Assembly: GCA_965277715.1 (NCBI GenBank)
Contig: OZ255836.1
Location: 1,184,001-1,248,000, forward strand
Direction of reading: 5' to 3'
Length of the DNA: 64,000 bases
Source of the DNA: Gammaproteobacteria bacterium
Lineage (GTDB): Bacteria > Pseudomonadota > Gammaproteobacteria > JBCCGL01
Part shown: piece after piece, positions 49,510 to 62,168 of the stretch
Layout of the letters: every line of letters begins with the position of its first letter
How positions within the stretch are numbered: position 1 is the first letter of the stretch
Translations under genes and position numbers: made by a program
The notes under the pieces: generated by a model
What the model saw: only the letters and a program-made list of their open reading frames with translations
Databases searched by the model: none
What the model was told of the DNA's origin: nothing

Positions 49510-50373
49510 ATGGACAACGCATTGATTGATAAACTTAAATCCTGGCTTCTTTACCCACTGCCACACCACGCTATTTCGCGCCTGATATTTTGGTTAACAC
49601 GGCGTGAAACGCAACTGGCACAACCGTTTATGCGCTGGTTTGCGAGACGCTATGGCGTCGATATGAATGAAGCAAAGCATATTCACTTCGCGTATTACAC
49701 CAGCTTCAACGCTTTTTTTACCCGCGAATTAAAAGAGACTGCACGCGTGGTGACAATGGATACACAGTGTATTGCCTGCCCGGTGGATGGCACAGTTTCA
49801 CAAGCAGGCCGTATTCATGGCGGCCAGTTATTTCAAGCCAAAGGGCACACGTATTCACTGACAGCACTATTGGGAGGTAACAAAGAGGACGCCGCCCCAT
49901 TTATTGGGGGGAAATTTGCCACGTTGTATTTATCACCCCGTGACTACCACCGCATTCATATGCCGCTGGATGCCCGGCTCAGCAAAATGCTACACATACC
50001 AGGCCGCCTGTTTAGCGTTGCGCCGCACACGGTACGCAATATACCGGGGCTATTTGCACGCAACGAGCGCGTGGTTGCACTGTTTGATTCTGCCGCTGGA
50101 AATATGGCGATGATTCTTGTCGGTGCGATTAATGTAGCGGCGATTGAAACCGTATGGGCGGGACTGGTAACGCCTCCAACACGCAAAACAATCAGCCATT
50201 GGGATTACCAGAGCAGTGCGCCAACACTCACTAAAGGAAGCGAGATGGGTCGCTTCAATATGGGTTCGACGGTGATTTTATTGATGCAGAATAACAGTGA
50301 GTTCAACGATAAAATTATCGCCGGTGGCAAGATTAAAATGGGGGAATCGATCGGGATGTTTACGCCGCGATAA
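49510..50373 (+). CDS. psd: Phosphatidylserine decarboxylase
   Basis: FNAFFTR, YLSPRDYHRIHMP, FNMGSTV cleavage motif. Confidence 0.95.
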   Translation: MDNALIDKLKSWLLYPLPHHAISRLIFWLTRRETQLAQPFMRWFARRYGVDMNEAKHIHFAYYTSFNAFFTRELKETARVVTMDTQCIACPVDGTVSQAGRIHGGQLFQAKGHTYSLTALLGGNKEDAAPFIGGKFATLYLSPRDYHRIHMPLDARLSKMLHIPGRLFSVAPHTVRNIPGLFARNERVVALFDSAAGNMAMILVGAINVAAIETVWAGLVTPPTRKTISHWDYQSSAPTLTKGSEMGRFNMGSTVILLMQNNSEFNDKIIAGGKIKMGESIGMFTPR

Positions 50374-50839
50374 TTTGCCGGTCTAACAACCATTGGTGTG
50401 CATCCTCAGCATCTGACTCGAACCAGGCACGCGCCGAGCCCAGCCTAAAACTGTAACCCCAGGCATCCATATCCATCATTAAACGCTCAGCACCCAATGC
50501 TTCGATACGGCTTCCCAGCACAATTTGCAAATAACAGACAGCGTTTTCCTCGCCGTCATCGCCACCGGCATTGGTATGTAACACCTGCCGACGCGACGTG
50601 GGCATACACACAAAGTGGCAGGCTTCATGGAGTACTGAGTGCACAGGTGTATCATCGCGATAATAAAGTGTGTTGGCAATCAATCCCGCTTCCGGTTCGC
50701 CCCAATAGCTACCGGGTATTGGTTCACCGCTAGCGATACGCACAAAATTCAGGGCGTATTGCTCAAAGTGGGCACTGACCGCCGCAAGTGCCACTGCGTG
50801 CATTAATAATACCTTGTGCTGTGGTTCAGGCGTGTTCAT
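50360..50839 (-). CDS. Conserved hypothetical HExxH protein (possible EpmC analogue)
   Basis: IPGSYWGEPEAGL, HSVLHEACH, EENAVCYLQ; overlaps the 3' end of epmA. Confidence 0.75.
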   Translation of the reverse strand: MNTPEPQHKVLLMHAVALAAVSAHFEQYALNFVRIASGEPIPGSYWGEPEAGLIANTLYYRDDTPVHSVLHEACHFVCMPTSRRQVLHTNAGGDDGEENAVCYLQIVLGSRIEALGAERLMMDMDAWGYSFRLGSARAWFESDAEDAHQWLLDRQIIAA

Positions 50840-51785
50840 AAGAGAATGCCATCACGTCCTTTATATGGGGTTTGCCCAGAGATGCCATCAGCAATCGATC
50901 CAGCCCCAGTGCGACCCCCGCACAACCCGGTAGACCGTGGTGTAGTGCAGCGATCAGTTTTTCATCAATAGGTGGAGCGTGTTTGCCTTGACTGGTGCGG
51001 CGCGCCCGCTCGACCTGAAAACGTGTGTACTGTTCATCGGCGTTGTCCAGTTCGTGAAAGCCATTGGCTAACTCCAACTCACCCCAGTACACCTCAAAAC
51101 GCTCGGCAACCGCCGGGTTATCCGGTTTGATGCGCGCTAATGCCGCCTGCGAGGCGGGATAATCGTAAATAAACGTCAGCTTGTTCTGGGGAAACCGGGG
51201 AGCAACGCACTCCCCCATCAACCAATCAAGCCAGGTATCTTTATCGGTGATACCCGTTGGGGTAGATGTTGATACCCGCTGTGCATACGCACAAATTGAT
51301 TCAGTACTGGTTTCAACATCAAGACCTGCGTACTGCAAAAAAGCCTCGTGGTAACTAAGGCGCTGTGCGGTGTGCCGGTTTAGTTCAGGCGCAAGCTGGC
51401 CGAGCAATGCCTCCATTTCGTTCATTAAGTCATGGTGATCAAAGCCTGTTCGATACCACTCCAGTAGGGTGAACTCAGGGTTGTGATAACGCCCTACCTC
51501 ACCCTGTCGAAACACTTTGCATATCTGATAGATGTCACCCATGCCCGCCGCCAACAAGCGCTTCATTGGAAATTCCGGGCTGGTGTGCAGGTAGTTCACT
51601 TCAGCACTGCCATCCACCTGGGTGTGCAGGCTTTCGACATTGGGGTCGCATACTGAAGCCCTCGATAGCGTGGGGGTATCCACTTCTAACACGCCACGCT
51701 GATTAAAAAATGCGCGTGTGGCGCGCAACATATCGGCGCGGTAGTGCAGTGTGTCACGGTCGGCCACAGGTCGCCAATCGACCAC
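50826..51785 (-). CDS. epmA: EF-P lysine aminoacylase EpmA
   Basis: YLHTSPEFPMKRLLA, HNPEFTLLEWYR, ELANGFHEL, GVALGLDRL. Confidence 0.95.
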   Translation of the reverse strand: MVDWRPVADRDTLHYRADMLRATRAFFNQRGVLEVDTPTLSRASVCDPNVESLHTQVDGSAEVNYLHTSPEFPMKRLLAAGMGDIYQICKVFRQGEVGRYHNPEFTLLEWYRTGFDHHDLMNEMEALLGQLAPELNRHTAQRLSYHEAFLQYAGLDVETSTESICAYAQRVSTSTPTGITDKDTWLDWLMGECVAPRFPQNKLTFIYDYPASQAALARIKPDNPAVAERFEVYWGELELANGFHELDNADEQYTRFQVERARRTSQGKHAPPIDEKLIAALHHGLPGCAGVALGLDRLLMASLGKPHIKDVMAFSYEHA

Positions 51786-51815
51786 GCTTGCGCTCCTTCT
51801 TCAGCGCAATTTCAG

Positions 51816-52385
51816 TCAGTCTTTCACACGGGAAACATACTCACCTGTGCGAGTATCCACCCGGATGATCTCTCCCTCTTCGACAAACAAAGGTACTTTG
51901 ACAACGGCACCCGCTTCAAGCGTTGCCGGTTTATTGCCGCCCTGAGCTGTATCACCGCGCATACCGGGATCAGTTTGCACTATTTTCATTTCCACAAAAT
52001 TGGGGGGGGTAACGATAAGCGGGTCACCATTCCACAGGGTAATTTCACAGGTATCCTGTTCCTTTAGCCACTTGGCCGCGTCTCCCACTGCCGCTTCACC
52101 CGCAGCCAGTTGCTCGTAGGTTTCCGGGTGCATAAAGTGCCAAAATTCACCATCGTTGTAGAGAAATTGCATATCGGTATCGACGACATCAGCGGCTTCG
52201 ACGCTATCACCCGATTTAAAGGTACGCTCAACCACACGGGCGGTTTTCAGGTTACGTATTTTCACACGGTTAAACGCCTGGCCTTTGCCCGGCTTGACGA
52301 ATTCATTCTCAATAATCGAACAAGGATCACCATCGAGCATGATTTTCAAACCGCCCTTAAATTCATTAGTGTTGTAGCTGGCCAT
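51816..52385 (-). CDS. efp: Elongation factor P (PGKG loop)
   Basis: [24 protein letters not shown]. Confidence 0.97.
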   Translation of the reverse strand: MASYNTNEFKGGLKIMLDGDPCSIIENEFVKPGKGQAFNRVKIRNLKTARVVERTFKSGDSVEAADVVDTDMQFLYNDGEFWHFMHPETYEQLAAGEAAVGDAAKWLKEQDTCEITLWNGDPLIVTPPNFVEMKIVQTDPGMRGDTAQGGNKPATLEAGAVVKVPLFVEEGEIIRVDTRTGEYVSRVKD

Positions 52386-52553
52386 GATTAGTCCCGGTTA
52401 TTTTGTAACCAGGTAGTATATCGTGAAATCTAAAAGGTTTGGCACCAGCGTCAGTGGAAACACAATGAATCCTGCATAACCCTGATAGCGAGGCGACTAC
52501 TCATATCGAGGTAGCAGAACAGTCTTTCTCCAGACACTGAAATCGGCATATAC

Positions 52554-52601
52554 TTAGCCCCCCTGTATTAACCTGCACACAAGTAAACACATGGGGCTTA
52601 G
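52554..52601. repeat. 48-bp palindromic repeat, copy 3 (degenerate)
   Basis: TTAGCCCCCCTGTATTAACCTGCACACAAGTAAACACATGGGGCTTAG. Confidence 0.8.
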
Positions 52602-52752
52602 TGTTAATAAGTATACTCATTAAAATAAAAACTTACGTACAATACCACCGCCAAAAAAACCAAACATGTGTTAGGCTGATACGTTGCGCATCATACTACA
52701 ACCAATAAAACTGATTACTTTTCAGTAGCTTAGAAAATCCAGGCAGATACTA

Positions 52753-54843
52753 TTGAATAACGATTCGACGATACAGTTACTTATTCTGGATGCATCACTC
52801 AACGATGCTGAACACGCCAGCAGTGCTATCCGCACGCTGGGTTATGCCACTAAAGCGACGCAGGTTGTCGACCTTCAGGCACTGACCGAGAAACTCACGA
52901 CAGACCAATACGATGTTTGCCTGTGCTGCCTGGCTTCCCTGTCGCCGACACCTTTTGAGGATGTAACCGGCACGCTTAAAAAACACCAAAAAAACCTCCC
53001 CATCATTACACTTGTGGATACAAAGTCTCCCTTTAATACAGCAAAACTCATGAAATTGGGTGCTGTCGATGCTGTCATCAAAGGTGACTACGAGCATCTA
53101 AAGCTGGTCGTAAACCGGGAATTTCAACACGTAAAGTTACTCGGCGAAATAGAGACACTCAAAGTAACCTATAACGATAGCGAAAAACGCAGCCAAATGC
53201 TGATGAACAGCTCACGCGATGCGATTGCCTATATTCACGAAGGTATGCATGTGCACGCTAACGAAGCGTATCTGGAATTATTTGGGTTTGGTTCAGTAGA
53301 GGATATTCAGGGGGCGCCCATTATGGATTTGGTGAAATCTGACGATCAAGAGGCATTGAAAGGGTTTCTGCGCAACCAGTCCGATAACCAGGAAGCGGTT
53401 GATAAGGACACCCTCGACACTCATCTGGTACACACCAGTGGTTCCAGCTTTAGCGCAACAATGGAGTTTTCCCGTACCACAGTCGATGGTGAACCGTGCA
53501 TACAAATCATTATCCGCGACAGGTCGAATGCCAAAGAGCTGGAGCAAAAACTTACTCTGCTCAGCCAAACCGATCAGTTAACCGGCTTATACAATCGACA
53601 ACATTTGATGACCTTGTTACAGGAAAACTGTGATCAGGCAGCGGCAGGCAATGCCAAGTACTCGCTATTGCAGATTAAACTGGAGGATTTTGAATCCACA
53701 AAAAACACGCTAGGTGTACTGGGAGCAGACAAGGTGATGGTCGCTGTCGCTCATGTATTGCGTAATACAGCGAAAAAAACTGACATATTATGCCGTTTTG
53801 AAGACGCGACCTATATCATCTTGAGCGCTTTATCCAGTAAAAAGCAAATAGCATTCTATGCAGGCAAAATACTCAAAATTATTGATAAGTTTATTTGCCA
53901 GGTGGGTGGCAGATCTATCAGCCCACGCTGCAGTATTGGCATCGCTTTCATCGATGAGAGCACCCCGACTGCCAACGAGGTGCTGTCACGCGCTGAACGC
54001 GCTTTGGAAAGAGCTTTGGCCAAAGGGCAGTCACTGCGTATTTATACTCCCGAGCCTGGCGAAAAAACCCAGAAACAAGTCGACCAGATGTGGACTCAAC
54101 GTCTGTCCAATGCCTTAAAAAACAACCGGTTTTTACTCTTGTACCAGCCGATTGTCAGTCTTGGTAGCGACGACTATGAGCGCTATGAAGTCAGCTATTC
54201 TGTACTTGATGAAGACACTAATCTTATTCCACACGCTGAGTTTGCGGCCGTTGCGGCACGTACCGGAATGAACAAAGGCATTGATCGATGGGTTATTATG
54301 AATGCCGCCAAACAGTTGGCAGAAAAAATCAAAGAGAAGCCCAGCACGGTCTTTTTTATTCCATTATCCGACAGCTCACTGGAAGATCCAGAGCTTTTCC
54401 GCTGGGTACGCCAACTGCTCGAACAATTTAATCTGCCGCAAAACACCATCGTTTTTCAGATGTCAGAGTCGTCAGTGATTGCACACCTGAACCAGGCACG
54501 CGCTGTTTCGGCAGCCCTGCGCAATATCCATTGCAAAATTTCTTTGGACAATTTTGGTGTCGAACCTAACCCGTTCCAGTTAATTAAACACGTACCTGCC
54601 GACTACATAAAAATAAACCGGGAATTTATCAAAAACCTCACCACCAGTATGGAAAACCAACACTCCATTCAATCGATTACAGAGAAAGCGCGGCGCAATG
54701 GCCAAATTAGCATTGTCCCCGATGTAGAGGACGCCGGTAGCCTGTCCGTATTGTGGGGATTAGGTGTAGACCTGATTCAGGGTGACTTCCTGCAAGGGCA
54801 GACAGAGAAACCGAACTATGACTTTTCAGCGATGAACGGCTGA
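52753..54843 (+). CDS. FimX-like REC-PAS-GGDEF-EAL protein (degenerate GGDEF and EAL motifs)
   Basis: SSRDAIAYIHEGMHVHAN PAS region, DQLTGLYNR, RFEDAT in place of GGDEF, YEV in place of EAL, LDNFG. Confidence 0.85.
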   Translation: MNNDSTIQLLILDASLNDAEHASSAIRTLGYATKATQVVDLQALTEKLTTDQYDVCLCCLASLSPTPFEDVTGTLKKHQKNLPIITLVDTKSPFNTAKLMKLGAVDAVIKGDYEHLKLVVNREFQHVKLLGEIETLKVTYNDSEKRSQMLMNSSRDAIAYIHEGMHVHANEAYLELFGFGSVEDIQGAPIMDLVKSDDQEALKGFLRNQSDNQEAVDKDTLDTHLVHTSGSSFSATMEFSRTTVDGEPCIQIIIRDRSNAKELEQKLTLLSQTDQLTGLYNRQHLMTLLQENCDQAAAGNAKYSLLQIKLEDFESTKNTLGVLGADKVMVAVAHVLRNTAKKTDILCRFEDATYIILSALSSKKQIAFYAGKILKIIDKFICQVGGRSISPRCSIGIAFIDESTPTANEVLSRAERALERALAKGQSLRIYTPEPGEKTQKQVDQMWTQRLSNALKNNRFLLLYQPIVSLGSDDYERYEVSYSVLDEDTNLIPHAEFAAVAARTGMNKGIDRWVIMNAAKQLAEKIKEKPSTVFFIPLSDSSLEDPELFRWVRQLLEQFNLPQNTIVFQMSESSVIAHLNQARAVSAALRNIHCKISLDNFGVEPNPFQLIKHVPADYIKINREFIKNLTTSMENQHSIQSITEKARRNGQISIVPDVEDAGSLSVLWGLGVDLIQGDFLQGQTEKPNYDFSAMNG

Positions 54844-54865
54844 GCCCTCTGCTTATGAGGGCTCA
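54841..54865. terminator. Hairpin spanning the convergent stops of the FimX-like gene and parC
   Basis: TGAGCCCTC...GAGGGCTCA. Confidence 0.5.
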
Positions 54866-57105
54866 ATCTCAATCGATTGTACACTGCGAAACCCACGCGG
54901 CAGTTTTGCCCCCCGTCGGCCACGCTCGCCGCTATAAGCCTCGATATCCCGGTTACGTAAATTGATATAGCGCTTACCACTGTATAAACGCAGCACTTCA
55001 TTCGGTGAAACAACCGTGATACAACACATGAATTCTTCACCTGTTTTAAATTTTGCCAGGGGAATAGCCATAATTTTATTGCCCTTGCCACGGCTTAATT
55101 CAGGCAATTCAGCGACGGGAAACGATAGCATATGACCGGCCGAGTTAATCGCGACAATTAAATCCTTAGCGAGATCAACAATAGGTACAGGCATGCACAC
55201 AGCGGCACCGGTGGGAATGGATAAAACCGTTTTGCCCGCCTTATTGCGGCTGTACATCTCGCCCAGTTGTACGATAAAACCGTAACCCGCCGTGGTCGAT
55301 AACAGATAACGGTCATCGTCTTTACCCATTAGTGCCGCTATAAAGCTGGCACCATCAACAGGTTTCAAACGGCCAGAAAGTGGCTCACCCAAACTGCGCG
55401 CAGACGGCAAAGTATGCGCAGGCAGGTTATAAACACGACCAGCAGAGTCAAGAAACAGCGCGCTTTGGTTGCTTTTACCTACCGCCGAGTCCTGATAGCC
55501 ATCACCCGATTTATAGTTGAGCGAACGTGGATCAACTTCGTGCCCCTTTGCCGAGCGCACCCAACCGCGTTGCGATAAAACCACGGTAACAGGTTCGCTC
55601 GGGGTTAAATCAGTGTCACTGATCACCTGGGCCGCACGGCGCTGTACTATCGGCGAACGCCGTGAATCACCGTATTGTGCAACGTCAGCCTGGAGTTCAT
55701 TTTTCACCAGCGTTTTCATTCTACGCTCGGAGCCCAGTGTTTTTTGCAGTTGCTCACGCTCTTTGGTGAGTGCGTCCTGTTCACCGCGAATTTTCATTTC
55801 CTCAAGCTTCGCCAAGTGTCGCAATTTGAGTTCGAGAATGGCCTCAGCCTGTGTATCGCTGATAGCAAAGCGCGTCATCAGCACTGGCTTGGGTTCATCC
55901 TCGTGGCGGATAATGGCAATGACTTCATCGATATTCAAAAAAGCGGTTAACAACCCCTCAAGGATGTGCAGCCGTTTTTCGACCTTCTCCAACCGCCACT
56001 GCAAACGTCGGCGCACCGTATCCATACGAAACGTCAGCCATTCCTGCAAGATGGTTTTAAGCGGCTTAACCTGCGGTTTGCCATCGACACCAATCATGTT
56101 CATATTGACGCGATAGCTGCGCTCAAGGTCAGTGCTGGCGAACAAATGGCTCATCAGCGCGTCGCAGTCGACACGGTTGCTGCGTGGAGAGATAACCAAT
56201 CGCGTCGGATTTTCGTGATCTGACTCATCGCGCAAATCCTCGACCATCGGTAACTTTTTGGCATTCATTTGCTGCGCGATCTGTTCCAGAATTTTTGCCC
56301 CGGATACCTGGTGCGGCAGTGCGGTGATGATAATGTCACTGTTTTCCCGCTCGTACACCCCGCGCATCCGAATTGAGCCATGCCCAGTCGCATACATACG
56401 ATGGATTTCATCCGGGCTGGAAATAATTTCCCCCGCCGTTGGATAATCGGGTCCTTTGACAATCTCACAGAGTGTTTCAAGCGACGTGCGGCTATTATCC
56501 AACAGGCAAATACACGCCTCACTCACCTCACGCAAATTATGCGGGGGTATATCAGTCGCCATACCAACAGCAATCCCCGTCGTGCCATTGAGCAATACAT
56601 GCGGCAGGCGCGACGGCAGTAGCGTGGGTTCGTCGAGCGTGCCATCGAAGTTGGGCTGCCAGGCGACGGTGCCCTGCCCCAATTCCTGTAACAAGACCCT
56701 GGCAAAAGGCGACAAACGCGCTTCCGTGTAGCGCATTGCCGCAAACGACTTGGGGTCATCGGGTGATCCCCAGTTGCCTTGCCCATCGATCAATGGGTAA
56801 CGGTAAGAGAATGGCTGCGCCATTAACACCATCGCCTCATAACAGGCTGAATCACCGTGCGGGTGAAATTTACCCAGCACATCACCTACCGTACGCGCCG
56901 ATTTTTTGTGCTTGGAACTGGCTGATAAGCCCAGCTCAGACATCGCGTAGATAATCCGCCGTTGCACCGGCTTTAAGCCATCGCCAATATGCGGTAGCGC
57001 ACGGTCAAGAATCACATACATCGAATAATCGAGGTAGGCGCGTTCGGTAAACTGGCTAAGCGGTTGTTGTTCAATTCCCTCTAAAAACGGTGGTGATGCT
57101 GTCAT
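54853..57105 (-). CDS. parC: DNA topoisomerase IV subunit A
   Basis: [43 protein letters not shown]. Confidence 0.97.
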   Translation of the reverse strand: MTASPPFLEGIEQQPLSQFTERAYLDYSMYVILDRALPHIGDGLKPVQRRIIYAMSELGLSASSKHKKSARTVGDVLGKFHPHGDSACYEAMVLMAQPFSYRYPLIDGQGNWGSPDDPKSFAAMRYTEARLSPFARVLLQELGQGTVAWQPNFDGTLDEPTLLPSRLPHVLLNGTTGIAVGMATDIPPHNLREVSEACICLLDNSRTSLETLCEIVKGPDYPTAGEIISSPDEIHRMYATGHGSIRMRGVYERENSDIIITALPHQVSGAKILEQIAQQMNAKKLPMVEDLRDESDHENPTRLVISPRSNRVDCDALMSHLFASTDLERSYRVNMNMIGVDGKPQVKPLKTILQEWLTFRMDTVRRRLQWRLEKVEKRLHILEGLLTAFLNIDEVIAIIRHEDEPKPVLMTRFAISDTQAEAILELKLRHLAKLEEMKIRGEQDALTKEREQLQKTLGSERRMKTLVKNELQADVAQYGDSRRSPIVQRRAAQVISDTDLTPSEPVTVVLSQRGWVRSAKGHEVDPRSLNYKSGDGYQDSAVGKSNQSALFLDSAGRVYNLPAHTLPSARSLGEPLSGRLKPVDGASFIAALMGKDDDRYLLSTTAGYGFIVQLGEMYSRNKAGKTVLSIPTGAAVCMPVPIVDLAKDLIVAINSAGHMLSFPVAELPELSRGKGNKIMAIPLAKFKTGEEFMCCITVVSPNEVLRLYSGKRYINLRNRDIEAYSGERGRRGAKLPRGFRSVQSIEIEPS

Positions 57106-57213
57106 AGTGCTGTCACTGAAAAAAGTGACGGCATCATACCAGTGTGATAGCACCGGCCCAAGTAAGACCGTGCGCACGTATTAGTACACCACCTAACTTA
57201 TATTAGCGGTGTA

Positions 57214-57261
57214 CTAGACCCCATGTATTTACTTGTGTGCAAGTTAATACATGGGGTCTAG
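57214..57261. repeat. 48-bp palindromic repeat, copy 4 (most perfect)
   Basis: CTAGACCCCATGTATT-T-ACTTG-TGTG-CAAGT-T-AATACATGGGGTCTAG. Confidence 0.9.
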
Positions 57262-57321
57262 AATGCCTTGCAAAAACAACCGCGCCAAATCAGTATATAT
57301 GCCCATTACCAGGAGACATTG

Positions 57322-57810
57322 ATGGGTGATATACACACACTGCACCGCATACTGCGCGATAACCGGCGCATCGCAATCGTTGGCTTATCCGCTAGCTGGC
57401 ACCGCCCCAGTTTCTTTGCCGCCAAATACCTGATTGAGCAGGGTTATGAGGTAGTGCCGGTCAACCCACGCTACGATGAGATTCTCGGTTGCCGCTGCTA
57501 CCCGGATCTATACGCCATCCCCGGTAAAATCGATGTCGTCGATTGCTTTCGTCGCGCAGAGGACATACCCCCTCTGGCCCAGGCAGCCATCGATATAGGC
57601 GCCAGGGTATTGTGGATGCAGCTAGGTGTTATCAATACTGAAGCCCAGACACTGGCGTGTGCAGCGGGCCTGGATGTGGTGATGGACCGCTGCATGAAGA
57701 TCGAATACGCACGCTTGTTTGGCGGTCTGGGTTTTGCGGGTGTCAATACCGGCATCATCAGCGCAAAACGCTTATCACGCCCCCTGTTTTCACCTTCTAC
57801 CACTGAGTAA
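57322..57810 (+). CDS. CoA-binding protein (YccU-like)
   Basis: IAIVGLSA..RPS, PVNP, VDCFR, WMQLG, MDRCMKIE. Confidence 0.9.
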   Translation: MGDIHTLHRILRDNRRIAIVGLSASWHRPSFFAAKYLIEQGYEVVPVNPRYDEILGCRCYPDLYAIPGKIDVVDCFRRAEDIPPLAQAAIDIGARVLWMQLGVINTEAQTLACAAGLDVVMDRCMKIEYARLFGGLGFAGVNTGIISAKRLSRPLFSPSTTE

Positions 57811-59094
<1,284 letters not shown>

Positions 59095-59110
59095 GCAATT
59101 CACTGTAGCG

Positions 59111-59148
59111 CTAGACGCCATGTATGTAAGTGAATACATGGCGTCTAA
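59111..59148. repeat. Shortened (38-bp) copy 5 of the palindromic repeat
   Basis: CTAGACGCCATGTAT...ATACATGGCGTCTAA; lies between convergent metY and purF. Confidence 0.75.
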
Positions 59149-59335
59149 TTTCTTTAGCTTACTGAAAATTATTTTTTTTACGTGGCACCCGAATCAGTTA
59201 CCTCCGGCTCTCCCCATGGATGTTCCCGACAGACCATTTTAGAGTGAGCACTTCCCAAATATTGAATTAGTTCATATGGATGGATAGTGGGGTATGTCAA
59301 AATTTACCCCCTAAAATCAGGGCGCTATCTCGCCT

Positions 59336-60841
59336 TCATGCCATATTAACATCGACAACCTGGTCGGCCTGTTCGTCGTGCTTTGCCTGATCACTGCGCA
59401 CCACTTCCAGGCGATCCAGGTATTCCTGGCTAATATCGCCCGTAACATACTCACCCGTAAAACAGCAGGTTTCATATTGCTGGATATCCGGATTACCAAA
59501 GCGTACCGATTCCAATAGGTCTTCAAGATCCTGGTAGATTAACCAGTCCGCACCAATTTCCTGGCAGATATCTTCAGTGGAACGTTGATGTGCAATGAGT
59601 TCTTCCACAGCGGGCATATCGATACCGTATACATTAGGGTATTTCACGGGTGGTGCCGCCGAGGCGAAGTAGACTTTTTTTGCCCCCGCGTCACGCGCCA
59701 TTTGCACGATTTGTTTTGAGGTGGTGCCACGCACAATGGAATCATCGATTAGTAGCACGTTTTTATCCTGAAATTCCAAATCGATGGCATTGAGTTTTTG
59801 CCGTACCGATTTTTTGCGCACCTGCTGACCAGGCATGATAAACGTGCGGCCTATGTAGCGGTTTTTAATAAACCCTTCACGGTATTTAACACCGAGATGA
59901 AATGCCGATTCCAGCGCCGCCGTGCGGCTGGTGTCAGGAATTGGGATAACAACGTCGATGTCGTGGTCGGGCCACTCGTTGCGAATTTTGCAGGCCAGCT
60001 TTTCGCCCATCCGCAACCGCGATTTATACACAGAAATGTTGTCGATAATCGAATCGGGGCGGGAAAAATACACAAATTCAAAAATACAGGGAGAGTGCAT
60101 TGGATTGCTCGCACACTGTTCTGTGTGTACCTCGCCGTCCATATCGATATAAATGGCTTCACCTGGCCGTAGATCACGCACTTTGGTAAACCCCTGTGCT
60201 TCAAAAGCAACGCTCTCTGAGGCGATCATATGCTCTTCACCCAGGTCGGTGATGCGCTTGCCAATCACCGCCGGGCGAATCCCCCAGGGATCCCGAAACG
60301 CGAAGATACCGCGCCCGACAATCATGCCTACGGCGACATAGCCACCGCTGCAGCGCTGATGAACCTCTCGCACAGCGGCGAAAATATCGCTGGGTTTAAG
60401 CCGGGTTGAGCATATTTGGTTTTGTAGTTCATGGGCAAAAACGTTGAGCAAGACTTCAGAATCCGATGTGGTGTTGATATGCCGCAAATCCGATTCGAAG
60501 AGCGCCTCCTGCAATTCATCGGCATTGGTGAGGTTACCATTGTGCGCCATCACAATGCCGTAGGGTGAGTTGACATAAAACGGCTGCGCCTCCGCCGATG
60601 AGGAACAGCCCGCCGTGGGGTAACGGACGTGGCCAATGCCAATATTTCCCTGTAAACGCAGCATGTGGTTGGTGCGAAACACATCCCGTACCAGGCCCAG
60701 CGACTTGCGCATGTGCAGCTTGCCCTGCGAGCTGGTGGCGATACCCGCCGCATCCTGGCCACGGTGTTGTAATAAGGTCAGGCCATCATAGAGAAGGCTG
60801 TTAGCTGCACTTTGGGCAAAAACCCCGACGACACCACACAT
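59336..60841 (-). CDS. purF: Amidophosphoribosyltransferase
   Basis: MCG N-terminus, [25 protein letters not shown]. Confidence 0.97.
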   Translation of the reverse strand: MCGVVGVFAQSAANSLLYDGLTLLQHRGQDAAGIATSSQGKLHMRKSLGLVRDVFRTNHMLRLQGNIGIGHVRYPTAGCSSSAEAQPFYVNSPYGIVMAHNGNLTNADELQEALFESDLRHINTTSDSEVLLNVFAHELQNQICSTRLKPSDIFAAVREVHQRCSGGYVAVGMIVGRGIFAFRDPWGIRPAVIGKRITDLGEEHMIASESVAFEAQGFTKVRDLRPGEAIYIDMDGEVHTEQCASNPMHSPCIFEFVYFSRPDSIIDNISVYKSRLRMGEKLACKIRNEWPDHDIDVVIPIPDTSRTAALESAFHLGVKYREGFIKNRYIGRTFIMPGQQVRKKSVRQKLNAIDLEFQDKNVLLIDDSIVRGTTSKQIVQMARDAGAKKVYFASAAPPVKYPNVYGIDMPAVEELIAHQRSTEDICQEIGADWLIYQDLEDLLESVRFGNPDIQQYETCCFTGEYVTGDISQEYLDRLEVVRSDQAKHDEQADQVVDVNMA

Positions 60842-61056
60842 CGCTTACACCCTCGCCTGTGGGATTGTAGACCCTACCTGGGTTGGTTGAAACAAACCAC
60901 AGACTAACAGGATAACACCGGCCGACACCATTCGATTAAACATATTTTACTCACAATTACCACTCACAACCCTCACTTGGTAGAAGGAATGTGAAGTATA
61001 AAAACTCAGGACAGGTGTCCACTATGATGTACTAAAGCAGTATGTATTCGTACCTT

Positions 61057-61521
61057 CTACAGGGCCAGGTGAGACTGAAGCCAGGTCACCGCAAAAACCA
61101 GGTAATCCACCAATAGGGACGCCTGCCATAAATCTGTTTGAGGTAGCGACATGAGCTGAGCCAGCATAACCAGTACAATTAAAATAATCACGCCACGCGC
61201 TACGCCAAATAAAACACCCAATAAACGATCCGTACCCGATAGACCTACTTTAGCGGCAGCTTTGTAAATAAAATGATTGACGATGGCGCCAGAAAATAGC
61301 ACGAATAAAAAGATCACAACAGCAGTGACGATTAAGCGTATAAGGGAATTTTCCACAAAGCCGGGCATAAACACTGAAAAGCGGTGAGCAAACATAAAGG
61401 TTAGTGTGCTGGCAAGTACCCAGACACCGAGCGAAAATGCCTCTTTCAGAAAACCACGCACCACACTGATCAGGCTGGAAATAGCGATCACGCCGATAAT
61501 AATGTAATCCAACTCATTCAT
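61057..61521 (-). CDS. cvpA: CvpA family membrane protein
   Basis: D...RGFLKEA, GLSGTDRLLG..FG; dedD-cvpA-purF synteny. Confidence 0.9.
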   Translation of the reverse strand: MNELDYIIIGVIAISSLISVVRGFLKEAFSLGVWVLASTLTFMFAHRFSVFMPGFVENSLIRLIVTAVVIFLFVLFSGAIVNHFIYKAAAKVGLSGTDRLLGVLFGVARGVIILIVLVMLAQLMSLPQTDLWQASLLVDYLVFAVTWLQSHLAL

Positions 61522-61553
61522 TGCGTGATCGTTGTGATGAGCAATACACTGCT

Positions 61554-62144
61554 TCAGTTTGATTCACGGCCACGGTAGCGCATAACCCCACCTTCAATGG
61601 CGTATTTTTTGGCGATACGCTTGCGGGTGTTATCGGCCTTGTCGTGTGTCATTTCAGGGCCTACGCGCACCCGGTGTGATATGCCTGCGTCATTGCTGAC
61701 AACTTCAATAAAGACGCTATAGCCGTCTGTCTGTAGTTTTTTTACCAGTTGCTCTGCATTTTTTTTGTGGCTAAAACTACCTAGCTGAACTACCCAGGCA
61801 CTGAGGTCACCGGTATCGGTGCCTGCCAATACTTGTTTAATGGCTTGTTTTTGTTCAGTTTTTTTTGTAGAGGATGGCTGTCCATCACCTGTTGTTTTGG
61901 TGGCCGTTTTTGGCCTGGGGGTTGTGTCGCTCGTATCGGTCGTTTGGGCCGTGCCTTTTAACGTAATCGGGGTTTGGTTAAGCGCCAATGGTTTAGGGAT
62001 GACCGGGCGCTTGGGCATAGCGGGGATCGCGGTGGGCTGTTGATCCTGACCGGCACCGTCCAGCAACACGGGAATAAAGATAACACCGAATGCCATCAGT
62101 ACCGCCGCGCCGACCATACGTTGTTTTAACTGGCTATCCATCAA
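61554..62144 (-). CDS. dedD: SPOR-domain cell division protein DedD
   Basis: LKQRMVGA TM segment, WVVQLGSF, RVRVGP. Confidence 0.88.
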   Translation of the reverse strand: MMDSQLKQRMVGAAVLMAFGVIFIPVLLDGAGQDQQPTAIPAMPKRPVIPKPLALNQTPITLKGTAQTTDTSDTTPRPKTATKTTGDGQPSSTKKTEQKQAIKQVLAGTDTGDLSAWVVQLGSFSHKKNAEQLVKKLQTDGYSVFIEVVSNDAGISHRVRVGPEMTHDKADNTRKRIAKKYAIEGGVMRYRGRESN

Positions 62145-62168
62145 TCAGGTAACCCATAGAAACGCCTA

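Noticed and set aside
57106-57321. SAM riboswitch upstream of the CoA-binding protein/metY operon
   Set aside because: The hairpins present are the 48-bp repeat and an adjacent inverted repeat; no SAM-I/II/SAH consensus is seen
60842-61056. Long cvpA-purF spacer as a purine-related riboswitch (PRPP/ZTP)
   Set aside because: I could not match the conserved cores of ykkC-type or pfl/ZTP motifs
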